Assembly: GCA_965263105.1 (NCBI GenBank)
Contig: CBDHGL010000006.1
Span: 143,196-207,195, forward strand
Direction: 5' to 3'
Origin: Bacteroidia bacterium
GTDB taxonomy: Bacteria > Bacteroidota > Bacteroidia > J057
DNA: 64,000 nt
The notes under the pieces were generated by a model. That model saw nothing but the letters and a program-made list of their open reading frames with translations. It was not told the origin of the DNA and ran no database searches. The position numbers were made by a program, and so were the translations under genes. The first letter of the stretch is position 1, and every line of letters starts with the position of its first letter. Below, one piece after another: positions 39,801 through 46,761 of the stretch.

Positions 39801-40191
39801 TGGTGATCCCGTTCAAATTCGAATGGTATTTAATAACCTGATTGTAAATGCCATCAAGTTCAACCAGCAGGAAGTCCCTGTGGTCCAAATATGGTCAGAA
39901 AACACGCCTTCTGGAGGCTTACAGTTTGCTGTCAAGGACAACGGAATCGGGATAGACAAAGAGTTTCATCAAAAAGTCTTTGGAATTTTCAAACGCTTAC
40001 ATCACAGGGATGAATTCCCTGGATCTGGGATTGGCTTGGCCCTATGTCACAAAATTATTGAGAGGCATAGAGGCAAAATATGGATCGAATCTAATTCTGG
40101 AGAGGGAAGCACCTTCTGGTTCGAATTGGGAAATCTCTCTGCTCCTCCCCAGAAAAAAGAGCAATCATTAGAAAATAAATCAATAGGATAG
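36829..40191 (+). CDS. Sensor histidine kinase with beta-propeller repeats + Y_Y_Y periplasmic region (no receiver or DNA-binding output)
   Basis: Repeated LWIGT/IWIGT..NGL propeller motifs are followed by a TM helix and a coiled coil. The H-box is ASHDLREPL and the G-box is GSGIGLALCHKIIERH. Confidence 0.88.
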   Translation: MFCKGLITLICVFLSILPLPSPAQKGSIQPFFRLNLPQNFPNKFINSIIRDQNGLLWLGTNNGLCRYISEKELKVYNSDNVGELKSNIIVALLSDSRGNIWIGTRHGGITRYNPRSNHWTSYINDPLNSNSLSNDDVLCLSEDHKGRIWIGTENGLNMYLPEKDSFFRFTHNPADSTSLSANAVLSIYEDHARRLWVGTWAGGLSLLIPNEANMPQSYFKRISLLNMDGNQESVWKVFQDSENRYWICSHFSGLYLMQLPKNASAAAEELSWTPHFHNYAHSSEDFTSISSNTHIADIGQDSRGHLWIGTSYGLSEIPVDQLPDTSHFNTPTEEKPPIAFRQHIYDPYNIKSINSNKITTILIDEQELVWIGTDRGVTQYNWFARQIKFYQIHSKSHQNVYISEIFVPQKEHAIISYFTGEVMDYHLESGVCRPIHEVYDFIEPISDALHFFESDRGILYITRRSGISKIDFNKRTTIQLAIPLPILNQLEDYRLKSVHIDTSPGGEDKIWIGSENGLYLVYNEGKQFKIFKKGEALNSISDNSITDIEEDSTGRIWISTHNGLNLVEEIGDSIHFKCFLHDANDSLSLPDNRLLSIICLKDRLVLGSRGGLLEYKFAQKKFNPIGKDLFSHAIISLISPNDSNVWAITADKILHYHVPSGQILDYGDMEISFFEGSIHIDRFDRVFVGGFRGFAGFEPQKIIKNELPPLITITQIQTSSPVKEESIEIMSKENITLGHDNYKLTISFSSSNFNQAEENQFAYRMLGLEEDWIYTPSFQPVSYTNLKHGSYQFQVKGRNNDGVWSEKPRILNIKVEPAFWETPIFRVLIGLVSFALIFLFTNFYTKNVRNQNQKLIREISKRKEIEQELIHTNAQLEKSNKELEQFAFVASHDLREPLQSIDSFSTLLRREEFKERLGEKGSKYVDFISQGSIRMKEIIQSLLTYSTSRHEELQVQLCNFHTLVQESLTDLSKIIKEKNVRIEVAQLPSGYGDPVQIRMVFNNLIVNAIKFNQQEVPVVQIWSENTPSGGLQFAVKDNGIGIDKEFHQKVFGIFKRLHHRDEFPGSGIGLALCHKIIERHRGKIWIESNSGEGSTFWFELGNLSAPPQKKEQSLENKSIG

Positions 40192-40419
40192 TATCTGGTT
40201 ATGCCCATAGCACCAGTACCACCTTGCTCCTGGCTCAGCAGAACTGATAACAGGATGAACACTTTCCTTAAAATGCCGGGTAGCATGTTTATTAGGAGAG
40301 CTGTTACAACACAGAGTAAGCCTACAAATCACACACCAGGATAAATACTTCATAGGTTCGTTATCTGTTAGGGTTAGCTGATAGAGGTACAAAGTGAAGC
40401 AAAAAACAGATTGCCTCAT
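40180..40419 (-). CDS. UBP-type zinc-finger domain protein, short or N-terminally degenerate
   Basis: CVICRLTLCCNSSPNKHATRHFKESVHPVISSAEPGARWYWCY matches the bacterial zf-UBP core (CCdSSPNkHAt.H...HP...S.EPGe.W.WCY). The first CxxC pair seen in typical members is absent. The real start may be the ATG at 40353. Confidence 0.55.
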   Translation of the reverse strand: MRQSVFCFTLYLYQLTLTDNEPMKYLSWCVICRLTLCCNSSPNKHATRHFKESVHPVISSAEPGARWYWCYGHNQILSY

Positions 40420-40453
40420 CCCAGTTTTCTCCTAAAACGCCTTTACATATGAC

Positions 40454-41815
40454 TTAGCCCCCCGCATTTCCAATGTAGGTACTGGGGAGAAGATTCATCA
40501 ATTGAGATTTTACTTCGGGTCCTACGTCTAAGCCCCCAATAAACTCTCTTAGCCCCCCTTGATCGATGGCTGATTTTCCTCTCGTTAAGTCTTTGAGTGC
40601 TTCATAGGGATTGGGATAACCTTCCTTCCTAAGAATGGTTTGAATGGCTTCTGCCAAGATAGCCCAGTTGCGGTTTAGGTCAGCAGTAATCACGGGTTCA
40701 TTTAACAGCAATTTGGCAAGCCCACGCTCAATAGAAGACAAGGCGAGATAAAAGTGAGATATGCCTGAGCCAATATTTCTCAGAAGGGTAGAATCGGTCA
40801 AATCTCGCTGAAGTCGAGAGATGGGAAGTTTTCTACTCAGAAACCCTAACATAGCTGATGACATTCCGCAATTCCCTTCGGCATTCTCGAAGTCTATCGG
40901 ATTCACTTTGTGGGGCATGGCAGAGGAACCCACCTCTTGGTCCTTTGTCTTTTGTAGAAAATACTCTTGGCTGATATACAACCACATGTCCTGGCACAAA
41001 TCAATTAGGATTGAATTGACCCTAGAAAAGCAGTCAAATATACGGCTTAGGCCATCATAGTGATCAATTTGTGTTGTTGGGAATGACCGAGAAAGGCCCA
41101 ATTTATTCTCAATAAAGTCATCGGCGAAACTATCCCAATCGACTTCCGGAAAGCTGACAAAGTGTGCATTGAGATTTCCTGTAGCTCCGCCAAATTTCGC
41201 GGGGATTGCCATCTCTTCCAATTCTGCCAGTTGCAACATAAGTCTTTTGGCAAAAACATGAATTTCCTTACCCATTGTCGTAGGGCTTGCAGGCTGCCCA
41301 TGTGTCCGGGCCAGCATGGGTACTTCCTTCCAAATATCCCCCAATTCAAGTAAATAATCTGTCAAGTGTCTGATTTTGGGTAAGATAACCTCATTGATAG
41401 CATCACGTATCATAAGGGGGATTGCGGTGTTGTTGATATCCTGTGAGGTAAGGCCAAAATGGACAAACTCTTTTTTGTCGGAAAGGCCCCCCAGATTGAG
41501 GTTTCCCAACTGTTCTTTGATAAAATACTCCACGGCCTTTACGTCGTGATTTGTCAGGCTTTCAATTTCCTTTATCCTTCGGGCATGGTCATGGGTGAAA
41601 TTAAGGTGTATGCCCCTTAGAAGTGCAATCTGATCAGAGTTGAGAGGATGAATTTGAGTAAATTCACTATTCAACAGATCTATGAAATACTCTATTTCAA
41701 CTTTTACCCTATACTTAATTAAGGCAAATTCAGAAAAGAAAGGCGCCAATATGCCTACCCGTTTTCTGTACCTCCCGTCTAGGGGTGAAATGGCTGTCAA
41801 TTCATCCAAGTGCAT
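40454..41815 (-). CDS. purB: Adenylosuccinate lyase
   Basis: LTAISPLDGRY is present at the N-terminus. The lyase signature SSAMPHKVNPIDFEN is also present. The ATG at 41815 is preferred over the TTG at 41821. Confidence 0.92.
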   Translation of the reverse strand: MHLDELTAISPLDGRYRKRVGILAPFFSEFALIKYRVKVEIEYFIDLLNSEFTQIHPLNSDQIALLRGIHLNFTHDHARRIKEIESLTNHDVKAVEYFIKEQLGNLNLGGLSDKKEFVHFGLTSQDINNTAIPLMIRDAINEVILPKIRHLTDYLLELGDIWKEVPMLARTHGQPASPTTMGKEIHVFAKRLMLQLAELEEMAIPAKFGGATGNLNAHFVSFPEVDWDSFADDFIENKLGLSRSFPTTQIDHYDGLSRIFDCFSRVNSILIDLCQDMWLYISQEYFLQKTKDQEVGSSAMPHKVNPIDFENAEGNCGMSSAMLGFLSRKLPISRLQRDLTDSTLLRNIGSGISHFYLALSSIERGLAKLLLNEPVITADLNRNWAILAEAIQTILRKEGYPNPYEALKDLTRGKSAIDQGGLREFIGGLDVGPEVKSQLMNLLPSTYIGNAGG

Positions 41816-42077
41816 ATTCAAATGTTAATTTGAGGCAAAGGTAGAGAATTTATAGCAACCTCATTCGTTGTTTAGAAAGGAAAATTATTCAAAGGTTTTT
41901 ATTTGATAATTTGCTAATTACAAAATAATTACTTGTTAATTTCGTACTTTTATTACAGTACATAAACCTTCAAATTCCATAAAAATCCTGTTTTTTTCTG
42001 GAATTTGGTAAGATTATTGAATTCCTTAGAGTTTGACTTGTATATTTAGAGCGATTTTTCTACAATAATTAACAGAA

Positions 42078-43643
42078 ATGAAACCAATCATCCTTCCGGA
42101 AGAAAAATTAGATGAGCTTGCTAATAAAGTATGTGCCAGGATCCTAAATGGGCACTATTTTACCAATGGGGTGATCCGGGGAGAGGAATTAAAAGATTTC
42201 GCCGATCATCAGCAGGTTAATAAATTTTTGTTGTTTCAAATTTACCAGACCTGGACCTTGCAACTCAGTAAGCTTAAACATGCCTATTTTGACTTTTCCC
42301 ACCCTGAAGTCGAACAAGGTTTGAAAAACTTAAGGAACCTCCTTTCCCGTCACATTCAAATTTCTGAAAATGATTTTCAGCCCATTCTCAAACGGGCCGT
42401 TTACAACAATATAAAGCTCTTGTTGAATCCAGAAAATTCTTTTGAGAGCTTCTTTTTTGTTGACAGCGATCAAATCTCCCTTGAAACATTCTCTCAGTAT
42501 GGTCCTTTCTTTTCAGATATGGACTTCATTGTTAATAGTATCCTGCGGTACCACCAAAAACACGAACTGGAAAATGTAGAGAAGGGGATGTTTTTTCTAA
42601 AAATGGAAAAGGTGATCGAGCTCTACAATCAAAAAAGTGGAACCAGCTTTGAGACATACCAAAAACAGACCTTGAACAAATTGCTTCAGGAAGACATAGA
42701 TGCTATCCTTCAACAAGTTCAGGAAGAACGGTTACAAGCAGTCTCTGAAAGCCCTGCAATAGAAGAAAATCTCCCTGAGCAAACGGCAAGCCCTACTGTG
42801 GAAGAAGAGGTTGCCCAATTCGCTGAGCCGGAAAAAACAGTTGAAGAAGCTAACTTTTTCGAAACGGTAATTGCTGAAAGTGGCAACTCTCATTTTGACT
42901 TGGATCTCAGCGATGATCCAAGTCCTACAATTGGCCAGGAAGAAAGTCCTACAATCATAGAAAGTCCTATAGTGTCTCCTGCTGAACCAGTTGTTCCTCG
43001 GGAGGAGCCAGTAATAGAACCTACCTTTATGAGCACTCCTTGGGAGGAAGTTAGTCCTACGGAGCCTATCTCAATGGAGAGCGAAGCTCAGCAACCTTCG
43101 ACAGTTGAGGAGGCGCTATCTGCTATTTTGAATAAAGAAAACCCGCAAAAATCTGTTTTTGATTCTATCTCAGAGGAGACGCCTACAGAGTCTGCAGAGT
43201 CCACCTATACACCGCCGGTATTTGATTCTTATCCCAATACTCCTAAGCCCCCCATTTTTAGTCAGGTAAGAGAAGAAAATAATGGGGAATATAAAGCTAG
43301 TACTTCACAGCCTCCTGTAAGCCCAGCAAGTGATTCTCCTCAAACAATTGCGGAAAAATATCAAACTCAAGTAACTGAGGAACCTGCTATCTCCCCTTCT
43401 ATCGGAGGAGGTCAGGAGATCAAATTGAGCGATATTCCCATACACCGTCAATACCAATACGTTCAAAAAGTATTTGAAGGCAATAATGTCCGATTCAGAA
43501 TTATTGTAGATAAGGTGAACAATTCTAAAAATCGCGACGAAGTAGAGAGTATTATAGATCGTTTTATCCTGAGTAATTCTGGATTAAACAAAGGAGACGA
43601 GGTCGTTCAGGAGTTCATCAAAATGCTGCGTAGCAGGCACTAA
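42078..43643 (+). CDS. Hypothetical protein with two folded ends and a ~200-aa acidic Pro/Glu/Ser/Thr-rich disordered centre
   Basis: The 521-aa ORF has no signal peptide. The low-complexity stretch is ...ESPAIEENLPEQTASPTVEEEV...ESPTIIESPIVSPAEPVVPREEPVIEPT.... No recognisable family was seen. Confidence 0.5.
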   Translation: MKPIILPEEKLDELANKVCARILNGHYFTNGVIRGEELKDFADHQQVNKFLLFQIYQTWTLQLSKLKHAYFDFSHPEVEQGLKNLRNLLSRHIQISENDFQPILKRAVYNNIKLLLNPENSFESFFFVDSDQISLETFSQYGPFFSDMDFIVNSILRYHQKHELENVEKGMFFLKMEKVIELYNQKSGTSFETYQKQTLNKLLQEDIDAILQQVQEERLQAVSESPAIEENLPEQTASPTVEEEVAQFAEPEKTVEEANFFETVIAESGNSHFDLDLSDDPSPTIGQEESPTIIESPIVSPAEPVVPREEPVIEPTFMSTPWEEVSPTEPISMESEAQQPSTVEEALSAILNKENPQKSVFDSISEETPTESAESTYTPPVFDSYPNTPKPPIFSQVREENNGEYKASTSQPPVSPASDSPQTIAEKYQTQVTEEPAISPSIGGGQEIKLSDIPIHRQYQYVQKVFEGNNVRFRIIVDKVNNSKNRDEVESIIDRFILSNSGLNKGDEVVQEFIKMLRSRH

Positions 43644-43693
43644 TTGATCTATACACCGATCTATTATGGTTGGTTTTTTCAATAAGAAAAGTG

Positions 43694-43735
43694 ATCCCTA
43701 CTTCCAATTGAAATGGAAGTAGGGATTCTTCTTTT
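43694..43735. terminator. Rho-independent terminator between convergent genes
   Basis: A 13-bp perfect stem pairs ATCCCTACTTCCA (43694-43706) with TGGAAGTAGGGAT (43714-43726). It is followed by TCTTCTTTT. Confidence 0.8.
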
Positions 43736-43743
43736 GAGCGCTA

Positions 43744-44028
43744 CTAAAGCTTCATTAGAGAAGCTGCAACGGCTTTTTTGGCAAAAAGCCGCTTGGTTTT
43801 AGGCCAGACTTCACCAAAGAAAGAACTATTTCTATATCTTTCCAGGGCTTCTTCATTTTCCCAGATACTCAGGGTATATAAGACCCTCGGTCTATTTATG
43901 TCCCGGTGCAAAGCCAAATCTAGACATCCTGGAAAGGCTCTGATATCTTCCTGGATTTTATGAAAAAACAAAAGAAATTCTTTCTCTCCTTCGGAGCTAA
44001 ACTCCATTCTCACAATTCGGGTAAGCAT
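43744..44028 (-). CDS. Antibiotic-biosynthesis-monooxygenase (ABM) domain protein
   Basis: MLTRIVRMEF...FPGCLDLALHRD...VLYTLSIWENEEALERYRNSSFF is the ABM/dimeric alpha-beta barrel pattern. The internal ATG at 44028 was chosen. This also removes the overlap with the S8 gene. Confidence 0.6.
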   Translation of the reverse strand: MLTRIVRMEFSSEGEKEFLLFFHKIQEDIRAFPGCLDLALHRDINRPRVLYTLSIWENEEALERYRNSSFFGEVWPKTKRLFAKKAVAASLMKL

Positions 44029-44109
44029 AGGAATTTTGTATCTTGAATGACTCTCTTTGTAGTTATCAATGGGGATGATGCCCCATCTAATCAGCTCGAA
44101 TAAGTTACG

Positions 44110-45801
44110 ATGAATATAATGCTTAGAAAACTTATCTTGCACTCCCTCTTTGCCACCACGGTCCTGGGTTTACCAGAGCTCTATGCTCAGCAAGCTTATT
44201 GGGTCTTTTTCCAGGATAAAGGGCCCAACCCTAAGGAACGGGTCGAAAAAAGAGAAATCGCCTTGAGTGAAGCCGCTATTGCTCGAAGATCTCAACAAGG
44301 CATCGCCCTTAACTCATTAGATCTGCCGGTATACTCCCCTTATTTGCAGACAATGCACCAACGGAATATTCCCGTTATCTCTCAATCTAGATGGTTTAAT
44401 GCCCTTGTTGTTTCCCTAAATCCAGATGAAAAACAGAATTTGGAAAAACTCCCTTTTGTAAAAAAAATTCACCCAGTTCAACCCCTGTTAGTACTTAGCA
44501 CTTCTAAAAAGCATCCTCCCATAACAGAAACAAAATATGGAGAATCTGAGACACAGATCCATATGCTGGGCTTGGAACAGCTTCACGAAAAAGGGTTCAC
44601 GGGTAAAGGAGTTCGCATAGCCATATTTGATGGTGGCTTCAGGGAAGCCCATCAATTGAAAGTATTTTCCTCCTTATGGGAAAATAATAAAATCCTGGCT
44701 TATCGGGATTTCGTACGCGACCGGAAAGATGTATTTTCAGCTAGCTCTACACATGGTACCCATGTCTGGTCAACGATTGCGGCCAATATAGAAGGAAAGA
44801 TGGTAGGCGCAGCAGTTGATGCGGACTTTATACTGGGCATTACGGAATTACCCGCTACTGAGACTCGGGCAGAGGAATATCATTGGATTGAAGCCATGGA
44901 GTGGGCCGATTCCATTGGGGTAGATATTATTCATTCCTCTCTTTCTTACTCTGAATTCGATAGTCGAGAAGATAGTTATTCTTTTGAAGACATGGATGGA
45001 AATTCCACCTTGGTCACTCGGGCTGCGGACCGAGCTGCTTCCAAGGGGATCATCGTAAGCACAGGGGCGGGCAATGAAGGCAACGATCCTTGGCGAAGAA
45101 TCACAGCTCCTTGTGATGGGGATAGCGTCCTATGTATTGGAGCTGTTAATGCCGAAGGAGAAATAGCGTACTTTTCCTCTGTGGGTCCTTCCTCAGATGG
45201 TCAAGTGAAACCCGATGTGGTAGCTATGGGACAGAATACGGCTATTGCCAGTACCGGGAATACTATTCGTTGGGGCAGCGGGACTTCTTACTCAAGCCCT
45301 ATTGTGGCTGGCCTCGCGGCCTGCCTGCGCCAGGCCCATCCCAATCGGCACGCCATGGATATTATACAGGCCATTCGCCTGAGTGGAGATCGCTATTCTA
45401 GCCCAGATTCCCTATACGGCTATGGCATTCCCAACGCCTCCCTGGCAGATTCCTTGTTGAGGTTTGTTCCCGATCTTGAAAATTTTGTCTTCCAGGGCCC
45501 TGAAGTAAACAGAGTAGAGGTAGATACAGTTGCTGTGCCCGATACCCTTAATTTCTTCACTGATAAACCTCGAAGTGTCTTTCGCATAATAGCCAATAAC
45601 CTTTCGATAAAAACGGTAGAGAGTCAAATTCTGGATACCCGGATTATATATGGTGAAGATCAGGTATTTTTCCCTCCTGCTGCAATCCAAAAGTCAGATA
45701 AACGCGTCGTTTATGACATTTCCCACCTACTGCCGGGTGATTATCACATCGAAATTCAGACGACTTCTTATGAGGAGTGGATAAAATTTTCGCGAAAGTG
45801 A
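44110..45801 (+). CDS. S8-family (subtilisin-like) serine peptidase, secreted
   Basis: The catalytic triad contexts are AIFDGGF (Asp), HGTHVWS (His) and GTSYSSPIVAG (Ser). A signal peptide is present. The start is at 44110 or 44119. Confidence 0.85.
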   Translation: MNIMLRKLILHSLFATTVLGLPELYAQQAYWVFFQDKGPNPKERVEKREIALSEAAIARRSQQGIALNSLDLPVYSPYLQTMHQRNIPVISQSRWFNALVVSLNPDEKQNLEKLPFVKKIHPVQPLLVLSTSKKHPPITETKYGESETQIHMLGLEQLHEKGFTGKGVRIAIFDGGFREAHQLKVFSSLWENNKILAYRDFVRDRKDVFSASSTHGTHVWSTIAANIEGKMVGAAVDADFILGITELPATETRAEEYHWIEAMEWADSIGVDIIHSSLSYSEFDSREDSYSFEDMDGNSTLVTRAADRAASKGIIVSTGAGNEGNDPWRRITAPCDGDSVLCIGAVNAEGEIAYFSSVGPSSDGQVKPDVVAMGQNTAIASTGNTIRWGSGTSYSSPIVAGLAACLRQAHPNRHAMDIIQAIRLSGDRYSSPDSLYGYGIPNASLADSLLRFVPDLENFVFQGPEVNRVEVDTVAVPDTLNFFTDKPRSVFRIIANNLSIKTVESQILDTRIIYGEDQVFFPPAAIQKSDKRVVYDISHLLPGDYHIEIQTTSYEEWIKFSRK

Positions 45802-45937
45802 TTTTTCCGGCTGTTACTTTTTTCATAGGTTGTTCATCTAAAGGACGTACAAGAATTATTTCTATTTCTTATATTTCGGACAAAAGAAGAAATATATTCA
45901 ATACCATAACACATATTCATATTTAATTCTTACCAAG

Positions 45938-46639
45938 ATGACTAACACAAAAAGCATTCATTGGACTCGCGTTTTGCTCATGTTTGTCCTGGCCATAGCC
46001 CTAGCTGTAAACCCCGGCTGTAATGCAAGCCGTTCGGCTAAAGGCGGTGCCATTGGAGCAGCAGGCGGAGCTGTCGTAGGGGGAGCTATAGGTAAAGCCA
46101 CTGGCAATACGGCATTAGGTGCCATCATAGGAGCAGCTGTAGGTGGAACAGCAGGTGCATTGATCGGAAGAAGAATGGATAAGCAAGCCGAAGAAATTCA
46201 GCAAGACCTGGAAGGAGTAGAGGTAGAAAGGGTGGGAGAAGGTATCCTGTTGACCTTTGATTCCGGTCTATTATTTGACACTGGAAAATACGACTTAAAA
46301 GACGCTACTCGAGAGAATTTGACTGCACTTTCAGAGACACTAGTCAAATATGAGGATACCGATATTCTCATTGAAGGACACACAGACGCAGTAGGAACGG
46401 ATGAAAACAACCAGGTTTTGTCTGAGAACAGAGCCAATTCTGTAGCAGGGTACCTGCTAGGTCATGGCGTTACCAACGAGCGACTCATTGTGAAAGGTTA
46501 TGGAGAATCCCAACCTGTTGCTGACAATGAGACAACCGAAGGAAAGGCGGCAAACAGAAGGGTTGAGATTGCCATTTTCGCCAACAAGAAAATGCAAAAA
46601 GCCGCTGAAAGAGGAGACCTGGGAGAAGTTAAGAACTAG
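45938..46639 (+). CDS. OmpA-family lipoprotein with glycine-zipper N-terminal region
   Basis: A lipobox is present (NPGCNAS), followed by a Gly-rich zipper. The OmpA_C core is LIEGHTDAVGTDENNQVLSENRANSVAGYLL...NRRVEI. Confidence 0.85.
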   Translation: MTNTKSIHWTRVLLMFVLAIALAVNPGCNASRSAKGGAIGAAGGAVVGGAIGKATGNTALGAIIGAAVGGTAGALIGRRMDKQAEEIQQDLEGVEVERVGEGILLTFDSGLLFDTGKYDLKDATRENLTALSETLVKYEDTDILIEGHTDAVGTDENNQVLSENRANSVAGYLLGHGVTNERLIVKGYGESQPVADNETTEGKAANRRVEIAIFANKKMQKAAERGDLGEVKN

Positions 46640-46655
46640 TATCCCAAAAGAAATT

Positions 46656-46695
46656 AAAAAAAGCCTCACATCTTCTGAGATGTGAGGCTTTTTTA
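46656..46695 (+). terminator. Rho-independent terminator after the ompA-family gene
   Basis: A 13-bp perfect stem pairs AAGCCTCACATCT (46661-46673) with AGATGTGAGGCTT (46678-46690). TTTT follows and an A-run precedes the stem. Confidence 0.85.
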
Positions 46696-46761
46696 TGGGC
46701 TTTATCTACCCTAAATATTTCCCTTTTTGCCCGTATATTTGCCCTTCTTAATGGTAATATA

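Noticed and set aside
44029-44142. Apparent overlap of the ABM gene ORF (to 44142) with the S8 peptidase start (44110)
   Set aside because: The ABM domain begins at the internal Met (MLTRIVRMEF, ATG at 44028). The upstream 38 codons look like read-through of the intergenic region, so there is no real overlap.
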